NCBI GenBank assembly: GCA_040954595.2
Contig: CM082582.2
Coordinates: forward strand, 7,628,063-7,692,062
Source: Balanoglossus misakiensis
Lineage: Eukaryota > Animalia > Hemichordata
DNA length: 64,000 nucleotides
Reading direction: 5' to 3'
Below are positions 24,201-34,574 of the stretch, piece by piece. A model generated the notes under the pieces. The model made no database searches, was not told the origin of the DNA, and worked only from the letters and a program-made list of their open reading frames with translations. Within the stretch, counting starts at the first letter, position 1; each line of letters starts with the position of its first letter. The position numbers and the translations under genes are program-made.

Positions 24201-27200
24201 CAGACCGGATCATTTTCAAAATTGGTGCCTAAATTTTCCCTAACATCATTTCCATAATTAGCCAATCACCAATCAGATTACATCATCGGTAAGATTGAAG
24301 TCTCTGCAGGCTGGCCAGCACTCTGTAAAACACCAGCAGCTATTTTTGGTTCTCACATTAGCATTAATATCAAAATTCATTTTAGAATTTTTACAGGTGA
24401 TATTTTTTTTATGATGGCATACTGGGTACCAGCGCTAATTGGCTAGGAAAAGCATATTACAGCACAGGTATTAGCATTGGCAATTTTTGAAAATGACCCA
24501 GACTGATTATTTGTTACCTGCTGCGCTTGCTGGTGCTCGAGTTTAATTCTTGATTCGATGGATGCTCGGGTATCCAGGAAAGTTCTGCGATGTGCGACGT
24601 CTGTCATGTACTTGTGGTAAAAGCCGGCCAAGTTGACGCACAGGAACACCACCACATTGGCTGAAATCTAAGATTAACCATATTTACATGAATGTATTAA
24701 CACATATGGCAGTGAAGTTAGAGGTGCCGTCTCGATCTTTGCTGGTTCTTCGCTGTTCTCTTTTCTCGGGCGCATAGGCGCCTGTCTCGTGCGACGGACA
24801 TTCGAGAACAGAACAGCCAAGAATCAGCATTATGTAAAGATCGAGCCGACCGTACCCTACATCTGATTTGAAAGCCAATATGGCATGAATTTATGCAGGG
24901 AAGGCAATCAGTGGGATATCTGGTAGCTAAGGATGATCACTTCCGTGCCAGTGCTTGTTGAGAAAACTGTTGCCTAACCAAATGGGCAAAGTATGTAACA
25001 TGAATTTCAAGTACAACTAAAGACTGTACTGATAGTAGAGTGTGTTGTCGAGAAGTTCAAAGTGATGATCATCCACAACTCCTGGTTGTAACCCTGCATA
25101 GAAGTAACAAGGTTTTATTGTTCTTTTCTCATGCCAATAGCATAAATGAAGTTAGAAATCCTCAAGGAGAGGTGAGGCTTTTTTATACATACTTGCGACA
25201 GATGTTTGAAAGTACATGTATGCGTGCATCATTGAGAAATTAAAGTAGATCTATTTCTGTACCTGAGCAAACAGACTGCTACACACATACCCTGGGGCCA
25301 AACCACACCCATTGCTTACCCTACATCTCCCACAACACAAATGTGTAGTCACATATATAAACTTCGAACATGTTTCTAACAACGCCGAATATGGCTCAAT
25401 CAGCACAATGCTGATATGAAAACACGAGCAGCAATCTGCAATTTCAATCAAATATCCATGACCAGACATCGGCTGACAAAAGACAAGCAAAATCTGAAGT
25501 ATGCATGTCTTCCTGTCGATTGATAACCCAAACAAACAGTATTGCCATGGGAACAAGGCTAGCAACCCCTCCCTTTTGTTTCAGATTTCAAACTTAGCTG
25601 TCGGCTGATAAGGGAAATATGAATAATTCAGCTTTCCTCATAATCCAAGATATCTCGATATCAGTAAGATCAAATAAACGTAATGTATACAAGCAGACTT
25701 TCTTTCAATTTCCTCTTTGCTTTTAAGGCAGAAATTTGTCAGTAACGGCATCCTTGCAGATAATATTGCAACGATTCTGGAATTTTTTTCTCTATCTCTC
25801 AAATCACACATAGCCAAGCCGTTAATCATGCATGTAAGATTTGTTATTCAATAGTCCCAGCATGTGCGTCTATAAAGAATGGCTAATTTACACCATTACG
25901 TCTGAATAGGCCCACTTGGTGGAAGTGCTCAAAAATCACTGTGGTTATCGTACACCAGAAAAAGCCAAGCGCGAAACAATGAGAAACATGTGGCGGGGCA
26001 CCCATTCCAAGATTTCGCAATTTATAACTCTGCATGCATGGGTAGAAGTGAAGAGGCTTGAATTATGAACACTTCAGTCCGGATAATGAAACGCAGATTT
26101 CACACTGGCTTCGCTTTACAGTCGGGTGGTGATTCGATCCGTGCGTAATGTGGATTGGAGATGTCTTTTTCGACAATCGTGCCTTCCAACGGCGTGATTC
26201 TGTTAATCCCCGGCCCGACCTAGCAGCGGATAGTCAGATTGCAAAGCCTGGGAAAAGACCTAACGACGAAAGGCAAATCAGTCCGTCTGCCTGTCTATTA
26301 AATTGTACTTTGCTTTAATATAAAGTGGAACTGATGTAACTGATAGGAGAGACAGTTATTGACTTAATAGCCGAGTCGATTCCTGCACTGCGTTTGATCA
26401 TTACGTCTACTGGGGACACATCTGTTCATCCAACAAAATACGACAAAAATTAGCTTCTCTGTTTATAGATACCTTTGCTCGCATTATGCCGTACGTAGCA
26501 AACAATTAGGAGAAATGGTGAAATTGTCCATTTTCAGGCAGGCTGTGCATTTGTATGAAATTCTCTTTTCAAGATGAATATTACGTGATGCGATTGGACT
26601 CGGAGCAGACGGATCATCGTTACGGCAACAAAGAAGAGCTGGGCAAATTTACAAACCAATAATCGATCTCATTTTCTTGTGAATGGGTCCTGCATAAAAG
26701 GGTTAAAACCAGTTGCACCAGAGGATATAGTCATTCCTCAATATATTGAACAGAAGCACAGTGTGAACTGTGCAGAAAATGAGCTTCTAGCGAGCCCCCG
26801 CAAGTAAAGATTTCTCTTCTGTTTTCTGTTTAATGCACCATGACAAACAACGAAATGTTATTTAAGAAACAACAAAGATTCGATTTTGGAAAAGAAATCA
26901 ACAATTTGAAGAATACGCGTACATGTATGTCAGAAACCAGAGAATTTTACAAGAAATAATTTCAAGTATTAAAAGACGCCAAATATTTTAGGCAAGATGT
27001 TAAAAATTTCAAAACTGAAAAGAGCATCACTGCAATATTTCCATGTCTGAACTCCTTCCATATTTTACATGCCGGGTTACGTATTTTGCACGTTGCCTCA
27101 GTTCTTTCACAGACACACGACCGCAAATATCACAAATGCTCATAACTCGCAGTGATGAAATATATATCCAATATCCTATAAGACATGCAGCGAAAACCCT

Positions 27201-30200
27201 TTAATATCTTTTAATGAAGTGGCGATCACGACATGTACGTAACAAGATATGTCGACCGCAATAAACGCAAGCATGCAACTGGGTATTCGTACTTTGAAGG
27301 GAATGAGAAATGGTTTCACTGTGTATACAGTTACATGCATATCGTGTGTACTGTACATCTCAAGTGGCACAGCTGTATATTTCAATGTTGTTTGTCCGTA
27401 ATTCTACTGTGTATCAAAGCGACATTTTCTTGTTCTACTCCCCGAAGTATGTTGAAATGCAGGGCATTCAGTTTCTCAACAATGGAAATGCTGACCGTTC
27501 CATTTACACTTGCTGCACCCTTAATACATAGCATTTCCTCATCAACTGCAGTTGGTTCACAGTACAAACCTGTCTAAACTGAACACTGTCTAATCTGGAA
27601 ACCTGTCTACACCGAACACCCTACAGAGTCCTGAACATTGAACCACATATCAAAGAAACCTCTATCTTCGTTTTTAAACATTGTAAAGAGGGAGCCCAAC
27701 TTTACATCTGATTTTAATCAGATTGGGCATGTCTGCAAAATGACTCTATGAAAACCAGGTGTTTCAGTCCCCCTGGACTTCATCCACCTGGAATGAAAAA
27801 AAGACCCCCCCCCCACCCCCTGAATTTAAAGTAACAAACTTACTTGTAAGACGTTATCCTTAAACGCGCCCACCGAGAGCACGGCCACGATGATGATGTG
27901 CGGGACGCACGTTACCACAGCGACGATGCAAGCATCCCGAACAGAGATGGGCAGCAAAGTGTAGGTGACCAATATGATGAAGACGATGAAGCCGACGTAC
28001 TCCGACGGCAAATGAACCGCCCGGAAGCCGATCAGAAGGTACACCACTGCCAGCAGCACCAACCAGACGATGATCGAGATGGGCTTCATGAAGTGCTTGA
28101 TGACGTAGTCGAAGTAGAGGAGAATCAGGAGACACATGAAGATTACGGAGGAGATGACGATGGTCAGGGTGACTGGCAGGTGTTTAATAAAATCCTGGAA
28201 TTGAAAGAATGAAAAAAAAAATGTTACGATCAAGTGAGCCGGTTAGATGGTCAAATTTCGTACTGTCTGCCACACATAGCCCATGACAAGTACATGTAGT
28301 TAACTGCTGTAGAAATGTCAAAAAAAAGCAGTGCTCTAAAATACTGGAAAGTATACCAAGAACTGTGGAAAGTTCAGACATGAAACATTCATGCCATGTG
28401 GAAAGAGCTGTTAGCCTTACACTGTCATAAAAAAAATCCTCTATACATAAGCCTACACACAGGTGCTGCACCAGCCCTATGGTTATATACCTAGATTTGC
28501 GATTGTTAACACCAAGACCTGGGCAGAGTGCAGACGCTTTGAATGAACATCGAACGGAGGCAATAGTATGCTTCTATCCTCCTATCAAGAATCCCTCGAC
28601 TTTTTGCCAAAGGCATGAACATGTCTTTTGTTGCAGTCCCTGCCACAAGTCCCTGGATATTTTTTATCATTTTACAATGAAAGAGATTTTCCAGCAAAGA
28701 TATATAGCTGCAGATACTAGTACATTGCTAATTTAAGTCCTACGAAATAAAACATTAGTTTTTAACATATCTTTTATGAAGGAGCCCAGATGGTATTTGT
28801 CAATTACAGAGAAGCCATGATTCAAGTTCACCTCAAGCTAAATTGTTATTCTTTTATTTATCCTTCGTAAGTCATCAAACTCTGATAGCTAGTTTCCTAT
28901 AGCCAACTGAATTAGCACGTTTAATTATTTGTCTCGGTGGTTTTGATTGAAATGTGCATAACAGCTGAACCGGATGATTTCCACTTTCGGTTCTTTTCCG
29001 GGAAGGACTTAAGTCAGATCGTATTACAAGATGAAATAATAACCTCCGCCATGTGCCAGGTGCAAGAATGGACAATCCCCAAACAAGGCAAATTGAAAAA
29101 TAACGACTTTTTGATGGCTGAGTAATAAAGTTAATTACAAACCACCGATCTTCATCCTTCTGAGATGTATTACATTGATCCAAATCATTCACATGTTGAA
29201 ATCCCAAAGGAAACAATTTCCATATTTTCCCATAATACAAATATCTCGCACAGACTATCAGATTTAAAAGGGCTGTACCGTAACCTGTGATATGATAGTT
29301 TGGAATATCTTTGTTCTGCATATTTAACAAATTCAAGGTTTCTTTTCCTACTTATAAAAAGATTTCTGAAAATTCCAGTATGGATTATAAATTAATTTCA
29401 CATGTCATATGTACACATGTGGATATTATATTATGCATATATACATATACACACATGCATATGTTTACAGACAGGCCAACACACAGACAGACAGAGAGAT
29501 GCCAAGTGACCCCACAAGCTATAGCCATTCTATATAAATAATTTATTGAACAAATGGAAGGTTGAAAATATGAACCGAAATTTGTTTGACATTTTATAAG
29601 AAAAACCAACTCAAGTATAGCTTGGAGTATAAAATCAACCTGTCACAATTTCAGGGTTTTTTTCACCCTTCCTCAATCATGAAAATTTCAAAGAGCTGTG
29701 AGCCATTCACTTTTTAGTGAGACATAATGCATCAAAATTTTAAAAGGTTGAACAATATTATGACCATAATTGTATTTGTGAACAAGTCAGGCGACCAATT
29801 ATGTTTCCATGGTAACATATTGAGTGAGCTTTTCTACTTGCCCCCTGGTTATGATGTCTGTGGAAATGATCTGCGTCACATTTTACCAGTTATTATACAT
29901 CGTTTAACTTGAGCCACAGAAAAACATGTACATTGTACAGATTTTGGAGAAAACAATATGAAATGGAAAATGTTCATAGAAGTGTCTTATTTGCATCCGT
30001 TAGGGTAGAAAACGATACAGCCATACCAAATATTTTTCTCTCTGTCTGCACATATTGGATTTGACAGGATACAAAGTTTTAAAAGGCATGTCATAAAAAT
30101 TTATCAAGCTAGTCTAGAAGCTCGTTGTCAGATAAAAAGGAAAGTGCAAACAGTCACATTGTTCCAACATCCGTGTCAAGTCAGCGATGGACAGTTCCAG

Positions 30201-33200
30201 GGTTTGCACAATAAAAGTCTTTTCAGAACTAATCCCGTGGCTGTCTCCTGCCAATTGCATGAATGATGGCCCCGCATTATCAAATTTCATCATAAATCTT
30301 ATATCTCGACATGGCATTTATTCAGGGGGTTGAAATTTTTATCTGATATTCAAAGTAGAAAGAGGACAGGCTGTTCTACAGTCGACCCATTAAAGAAGCT
30401 AGGGCACAAGACAGTCGTCAAGTCTGTATCAGTTTCCTTTTCAAGGTTCCTATTTGTTATTTCGTTCAAACAATTCAAGAAGATGTACTCTCAGTTTCCA
30501 TACCTACTAGATGCTACAGTATGTCCACACAGAACATCTTGTTTATTAAAGGAGAGAAGGAATATGTTCCAAAGGAGGAAGCTGTACCAAGGATATTATG
30601 AGGTGCTTTATAATTCAGCACTTGCTGTCTGGACAATTTGCTAGACAGGTGTAATTAAATCTTAATATTCATTGATGTCTGATAAAGAACAATAACCTTG
30701 GGTATGTGGGCATTGACATTATACTTTTAAGTGTCATTTTCAGGCCTTTTTTTGCAAATTGGAGTCACGTACGCCAACATTTCTTGCATTTTCCTTTTAA
30801 AAAAATGCCACAACAGTATTTCTGCATCAGTGGAATAATATCATATTGGCTTGAATAGAGAACACACTATATACTGGCATCGACAAGAAAACCTGGGCTT
30901 TCAAACGACAGCTGCGTATTATACACGATCGTATTGATATGATGGTATTTGACACGTGCAGTAATGGTTGGAAATTGAACCACTGTAACTTAAAACACAT
31001 TCCCTGTCTAAATAAGTGTTTCTGTCATGATTCATTTTTGATAAAAAGCGCCGATAAAGGAAATGCCACCACTTCTCAACGCTCATGATTTAGACTGATA
31101 GGCCAGGGTATGCCATTTCAATTGGCAGTTGTCAGCTGTAGATCATTCACAAACATGTGGATGTGCAAATTGCAAACGATACTAGCAGCCATAGCATAGA
31201 CCCCGTGCAAATTTCCACGCAAGATTACTGTGTGAAAGGTGATTCAAACTCTCTCAGGCCATACAGCAATTATACTAACAGTAGTTTAACAAGTCATTGT
31301 CGATGACACAGTCCCCACTAACACACAGACAGAGCCTGATCTATTAGTCCCCTCCCAGACTTCATCCCCAGGGACTAAAAAGGCTGCATAATAATCACAG
31401 TGAGTAAATCAGCAATCAGCAGTCTCCTGGTAATCTTGGATCTTTTTATCGTGCACATAAATTGTACATGTATGTTCGGACACATGTGACATTTACAAAT
31501 GTACATGTAGGGCAGGCCCAACTCCCAGCATGCTCCAATAACACACGTGGGCATGTGCGCAGTCACACACACTATACGCAGAAATGCATACACTTACATA
31601 ATTGCATTTACACATACACATGCAGTGCATGCATACACGTGCAAGCGTGCTAGCTAGTGATGCAATTCACACAAACACCTCGCACACACACAAGAATCAC
31701 CGACTGTTCTAGAAGGTTAATGCACCTGACTATATTCAGACAGATGATAATCAGGCTGAATTAACATATTTCCAATGTCCTTTCTCAATCACTAGCTGCG
31801 CAAAGCTAAATAAAACTTTAATCAGGATGATTATTTAATTCCGTCTGGTACACAATTTTCCATTCATATTTAATCCAGTGATTAATCAATCAAGGCTATT
31901 TATAAAAGTTGCCTACTTTATTACACTGAGGTTAATTTCCATCATACGATATTGCAAATGAACACATCTTTTACTTGGGGTTAGGTTTCTTGAAATTTTA
32001 TGACAAAAGTTCAGAGCCGTGATATTCTACCCATTATAAACATTTAATCAATAATTTTAACAATGAAATTAGAGTCACAATGTCTCTATGGGACTATACA
32101 CTAAGAATTACCACAAAACTCCACCATTTTCCTGAACCTATGATGGGCATAATTATAATATGGACATTGTCTAGATCCATGCCAGGCCATATCATATCCT
32201 ATCCTCTTCATGAACTAGAATAAACTGTCACACTCCAAGAGCAGCACATGACAGATTCACCGCAATAAAACGTGGATTATCAACTCTGCACAAACCAACC
32301 TACATAAATCTCAGCCATTCTATTTGTTCTTACACTAGAACAGTTGCTTGGTGGTTTTCCCATGGGGACTCGTAATCTGACAGAATATCATTGGTTTCCT
32401 AGCACACAGGGCGAATGAAATTTATAGAATGTGGAACGTTGTTGCTAACAGATACTCAAGTGTGTTGTTACTTTGCATCTATGTATTTATTCTGACACTA
32501 TAAAACCTGGAAGATTGGCCACTGAGACAGGTTGCCTGGAGATATTACACGATGATGGATCTGTATTTACTTTCCGATTGGCAATACCTTAGATGAGTGT
32601 AGGTGAGAAACGAACCGAAAATGCAGTGAAGTGTGATTTTTTTAAATTGAAGTTGAAACCAACTGCTTTTTCGGGGGCAACTCTATGCTACGACAAGTTT
32701 TACATGCAAAGTATCAGTCTATTGGGGGGGGGGGGGGGTAAATGCTATATAACTAAAAAAATATTTTTGCAAGGGTTCACACTAAAGAAATTAGGCAAAA
32801 GTACATAGCAATATATAGTGCTCACTTTAATCAATACTAGGCTAAGAATAGGTTTGTAAATTTATTCCTAAATTAACCTCGTTAGATGTAAACTTTAATT
32901 GACGTGGCGTCAACATCAACAGGCAATAAAAACAAATCAAACAGCAAGATGTCTGGAAACCAATCACATCACCATTGCAACTGATAGCTACTGATAAGAG
33001 AGATCTCTGCAATACACTTAATTGGTTTATAGACATCATGTGGTTTGATTTGTTGTATTTGGCCAGATACAATTAACATGGTAACGTTAGGAACAAATTA
33101 ACAAACCTATTCTAGTACTGCTGTCAAATTTCTTCCCGAATTCAGTGCAATTATCTTGCAGGACTGGCAGAGACTTTTCATTTCTTAAGCTCTCTGACAA

Positions 33201-34394
33201 GATCTTTTGTGAATTCACATTTCATTAGTCTCCAGATGTCAGCCTCTGAAACGTAATACGCCCGGAGCTTGATGTCCTCCTTCTGCGATCAGCAATAATC
33301 AATAACACCTTGATTGCACTGGAATTGGATTGCGTCTGTTCCCCAGGATCAAACAGTTAAACTGGTTGACAGGGCATTGTGCTATCAGCAGGGTTACGAT
33401 GGTTTAACGAGATCGAATGGCACACGCGCGCCAGCCAATCTCAATTGAGCTTCGAGGAAGGGAGTATAAGAAAAGTGAAAATTCCAGATGGGGGGATGCA
33501 GGCTGTGAACACCAGCAATGATCACAGAGCACAGGTGTCCTGAGGGATCTCATACAATGCCGATCGTACAAATCAACTGCTCTGTACATATACAAATGTA
33601 ACTCAGAGGCCAACAGGAATTCCTTTCACACACGAAAAAATGTCTCCTCGTGCAGATTTACGACGACAATGAAGTTATTTGCATTGGAAAAAAGTTATGC
33701 TGAGTGGTTGTCATATTGGGTCATCACATGAAAAACAATAATTTGTTTACAGTGATTCCACTACAAATTTTACAATCAAAATCAAATGGGTGCAACTTTG
33801 GTGCGGCAAAGTCATAGTTAGTATATAGTGCTCACTTGTGAAAGTGTATCAGTGCATTTTTGAATAACTGACTCCAGTCAGACATCTTGAAGGGAAAGTT
33901 ATGTGCACATGTCAAACATAGTGCAATATCCCGGCATATGAAAAGGCTGTAAAGGCTTTCTTCCCGTTGTTGCCATGGTTCCAGCTGCTGCTACCATAGC
34001 AATCATGTTAAATCAGATCAAATCATGAGAAATGCCAGCTCTGAATGACACTATATGTTCCTGCATGCACAAGACGAGATCAGGTTCTGAAGATGATTTA
34101 GAAGTACATTACCTTGTAATGGATCATCACCAGTGTTATAAGAGTAAGTCCGATGGCCAGCCCAATGACGAGAAGCGTGATCAGCAACGAGTGGCGCTGC
34201 TGAACTCGGTACTTCCTGTACAACGCCTCGATTTCCATCTTGTGAAACTGTTCCTTGAGGTTGAGCAGCGACCACTTCGACTGGCTGTTGGTCCTCTCCT
34301 GATCCTGGAAGATCTCCTCGATCTCCACCGAGTCCAGGGTGAGGTCGTTGCCATTTTGCGAGCTGGCACCGTAGTCGAACATGGACATCGACAT
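6069..34394 (-). CDS. ADCY2: Transmembrane adenylyl cyclase, group II (ADCY2/4/7-like), whole-gene span; 23 coding exons, 1139 aa (1145 with the microexon)
   Basis: All exons are GT-AG and phase-compatible; summed length 3420 nt including stop. C1a motifs ILYADIVGF and KILGDCYY; C2a motifs [28 protein letters not shown] and VKGKG. Group II hallmarks [10 protein letters not shown] and QWLKSEDI. The symbol denotes the closest family (probable pro-orthologue of ADCY2/4/7). Confidence 0.93.
6484..6608 (-). CDS. ADCY2: AC coding exon 22 ([36 protein letters not shown]...IQ)
   Basis: cttccag|GA ... CAG|GTACAT; 125 nt, phase 1/0; catalytic Asp, Asn and Arg. Confidence 0.96.
7028..7151 (-). CDS. ADCY2: AC coding exon 21 (DDSHSK...[14 protein letters not shown])
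   Basis: ttttcag|GAT ... G|GTAAGG; 124 nt, phase 0/1. Confidence 0.95.
7808..7972 (-). CDS. ADCY2: AC coding exon 20 ([26 protein letters not shown]...GNDK)
   Basis: cctctcag|CTT ... AAG|GTTGGT; 165 nt, phase 0/0; ATP-specifying Lys. Confidence 0.93.
8613..8759 (-). CDS. ADCY2: AC coding exon 19 (ELYHQRY...MFASIP...[16 protein letters not shown]), C2a
   Basis: attctag|GAG ... GAG|GTGAGT; 147 nt, phase 0/0. Confidence 0.96.
9198..9356 (-). CDS. ADCY2: AC coding exon 18 ([11 protein letters not shown]...[15 protein letters not shown]...KSD)
   Basis: cctaacag|ATG ... GAT|GTAAGT; 159 nt, phase 0/0. Confidence 0.96.
10500..10584 (-). CDS. ADCY2: AC coding exon 17 ([11 protein letters not shown]...LLILDRQ), TM12
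   Basis: tcaaccag|G ... CAA|GTAAGT; 85 nt, phase 2/0. Confidence 0.92.
11344..11519 (-). CDS. ADCY2: AC coding exon 16 ([19 protein letters not shown]...YYET)
   Basis: ctgacag|TAT ... AG|GTAAGC; 176 nt, phase 0/2. Confidence 0.92.
11623..11742 (-). CDS. ADCY2: AC coding exon 15 (ISCDPMS...NCFPPS), extracellular loop
   Basis: ttgtgtag|ATC ... TCA|GTGAGT; 120 nt, phase 0/0; two N-glycosylation sequons (N-I-T, N-K-S) and two Cys. Confidence 0.88.
12641..12769 (-). CDS. ADCY2: AC coding exon 14 (CYCKQTPSW...MALINI)
   Basis: gttttag|TGT ... ATT|GTAAGT; 129 nt, phase 0/0; TM helix. Confidence 0.88.
12938..12972. repeat. (TG)n/(TATG)n microsatellite
   Basis: gtgagtgtgtgtgtgtatgtgtatgtatatgtg. 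Confidence 0.8.
13013..13458. repeat. Diverged local duplication (about 13013-13161 and 13276-13458)
   Basis: Shared blocks in the same order: gtacatatacaag, cttgttgagagt, aacagttggtggt, acttctgaaaagggttgttt, actttgacaattata. Confidence 0.85.
13517..13540. repeat. Poly-T run (24 nt; poly-A on the transcribed strand)
   Basis: Read directly from the sequence. Confidence 0.9.
13675..13857 (-). CDS. ADCY2: AC coding exon 13 ([10 protein letters not shown]...AKHIF), start of M2
   Basis: gtttcag|TAT ... TTC|GTGAGT; 183 nt, phase 0/0; VQLIILPKT motif. Confidence 0.93.
14080..14149 (-). CDS. ADCY2: AC coding exon 12 ([24 protein letters not shown])
   Basis: ttttcag|G ... CAG|GTAAAT; 70 nt, phase 2/0; matches ADCY2 QWLKSEDI. 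Confidence 0.93.
14536..14616 (-). CDS. ADCY2: AC coding exon 11 ([26 protein letters not shown])
   Basis: atttcag|A ... AA|GTAGGT; 81 nt, phase 2/2; resembles ADCY2 NERMIQAIDG. Confidence 0.9.
15412..15429 (-). CDS. ADCY2: Candidate 18-nt in-frame microexon (N-AHTEI-P) in AC C1b
   Basis: ttgacttctag|CGCTCACACAGAAATTCC|GTGAGT; symmetric phase 2/2, no stop; U-rich tract with no other AG for about 50 nt upstream. Confidence 0.55.
16913..16971 (-). CDS. ADCY2: AC coding exon 10 ([19 protein letters not shown]), C1b
   Basis: ttacag|GGT ... AA|GTGAGT; 59 nt, phase 0/2. Needed to bridge the phase-0 end of exon 9 to the phase-2 start of exon 11. Confidence 0.8.
17631..17776. mobile_element. Non-autonomous TIR element with TTAA-GGTAG ends (Kolobok-like MITE)
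   Basis: Left ttgaggtagcac versus right gtactaccttaa (reverse complement ttaaggtagtac). A related terminus gaggcacatactatcttaa occurs at 11964-11982. Confidence 0.55.
17773..17865. mobile_element. About 90-bp piggyBac-like MITE (TTAA-CCC...GGG-TTAA)
   Basis: ttaacccattcccc ... ggggtgaaagggttaa; further copies at 44881-44961 and 42067-42142. Confidence 0.7.
17886..18050 (-). CDS. ADCY2: AC coding exon 9 (SPTNSS...[14 protein letters not shown]...GLGS), C1b
   Basis: ctcctcctag|TCA ... TCG|GTAAGT; 165 nt, phase 0/0; PFAHL-like motif. Confidence 0.92.
18247..18617. repeat. Near-identical tandem duplication (181 + 183 bp) bounded by GCGAATC
   Basis: Unit 1 is 18247-18427 and unit 2 is 18428-18610; GCGAATC occurs at 18247, 18428 and 18611. 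Confidence 0.95.
19858..19993 (-). CDS. ADCY2: AC coding exon 8 ([13 protein letters not shown]...TYLVIPPQQ)
   Basis: cctgtcag|G ... CAG|GTGAGC; 136 nt, phase 2/0. Confidence 0.95.
20655..20813 (-). CDS. ADCY2: AC coding exon 7 ([19 protein letters not shown]...[23 protein letters not shown])
   Basis: tttcag|G ... GG|GTAAGA; 159 nt, phase 2/2. Confidence 0.96.
21097..21224 (-). CDS. ADCY2: AC coding exon 6 ([21 protein letters not shown]...CDAIR), C1a
   Basis: ttcacag|GAA ... AG|GTAAGT; 128 nt, phase 0/2; second metal-binding Asp. Not in the ORF track; translated by hand. Confidence 0.96.
21819..21930 (-). CDS. ADCY2: AC coding exon 5 ([10 protein letters not shown]...FDKLAE), C1a
   Basis: tttacag|C ... 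GAG|GTGAAT; 112 nt, phase 2/0; first metal-binding Asp. Confidence 0.96.
22231..22397 (-). CDS. ADCY2: AC coding exon 4 ([12 protein letters not shown]...KRHMNV)
   Basis: ttttgtag|GAG ... AG|GTGGGT; 167 nt, phase 0/2; FHNLYVKRH motif. Confidence 0.95.
24518..24667 (-). CDS. ADCY2: AC coding exon 3 ([15 protein letters not shown]...EHQQAQQ)
   Basis: cttag|ATT ... CAG|GTAACA; 150 nt, phase 0/0; TM6 and helical region. Confidence 0.92.
24731..24845. repeat. Imperfect inverted repeat (hairpin) in AC intron 2
   Basis: ctcgatcttt/gctggttcttcgctgttct...ctcg (24731-24768) pairs with cgagaacagaacagccaagaatcagc...aaagatcgag (24803-24845). Confidence 0.7.
27559..27620. repeat. Three 16-17-bp tandem motifs (ctgtcta core), Tc1/mariner-MITE-like subterminal repeats
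   Basis: ctgtcta at 27570, 27586 and 27603, following cagtacaaac. Confidence 0.45.
27844..28194 (-). CDS. ADCY2: AC coding exon 2 (DFIKHLP...DNVLQ), TM cluster M1
   Basis: ttccag|GAT ... CAA|GTAAGT; 351 nt, phase 0/0; hydrophobic helices and YTLLP motif. Confidence 0.92.
31288..31380 (+). mobile_element. Minimal Helentron-associated (HINE/DINE-like) element
   Basis: AACAAG start, subterminal palindrome gtcat...atgac, short ACAG microsatellite, and 3' hairpin tagtccc...gggacta followed by an A-run. Related ends occur at about 27765-27800 and 58150-58250. Confidence 0.5.
34113..34394 (-). CDS. ADCY2: AC coding exon 1 (MSMSMFDYG...LVMIHYK), N-terminus and TM1
   Basis: ATG 34394 with upstream in-frame TAA (34442-34440). 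[15 protein letters not shown] matches the AC pre-TM1 motif. Donor AAG|GTAATG. Acceptor tttatttcag ends at 34466. Confidence 0.85.
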
Positions 34395-34465
34395 GACAAT
34401 CACGGCCGACCGCAGCGGTGAAACGCGGGCCACGCTAGTTTACAGTCTCAAAATATCACGCTGCA

Positions 34466-34574
34466 CTGAAATAAACAGGAAAAGAGATGGAGCAATTGTC
34501 AGTATACGGACACAGACCTCAATGTGGGAAAGGCAGGAAATCTAGGCCAATCCAGAGAGAAACCACTCACTCAC
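34466..34574 (-). other. Probable 5'-UTR intron of the AC gene
   Basis: Strong acceptor (tcttttcctgtttatttcag, 34466) and tandem GTGAGT donors at 34574 and 34570. The in-frame stop before the ATG makes upstream sequence non-coding. The acceptor could instead pair with a distant upstream exon. Confidence 0.4.

Noticed and set aside
27559-27620. Short spaced repeats resembling a CRISPR array
   Set aside because: Eukaryotic context, 7-bp cores with about 10-bp spacing, and no cas genes.
27860-28212. Acidic plus-strand ORF 27898..28212 and alternative-frame ORF 27860..28135
   Set aside because: Antisense and frameshifted shadows of the hydrophobic AC exon 2.
34032-34421. Plus-strand 129-aa ORF
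   Set aside because: Antisense shadow of AC exon 1.
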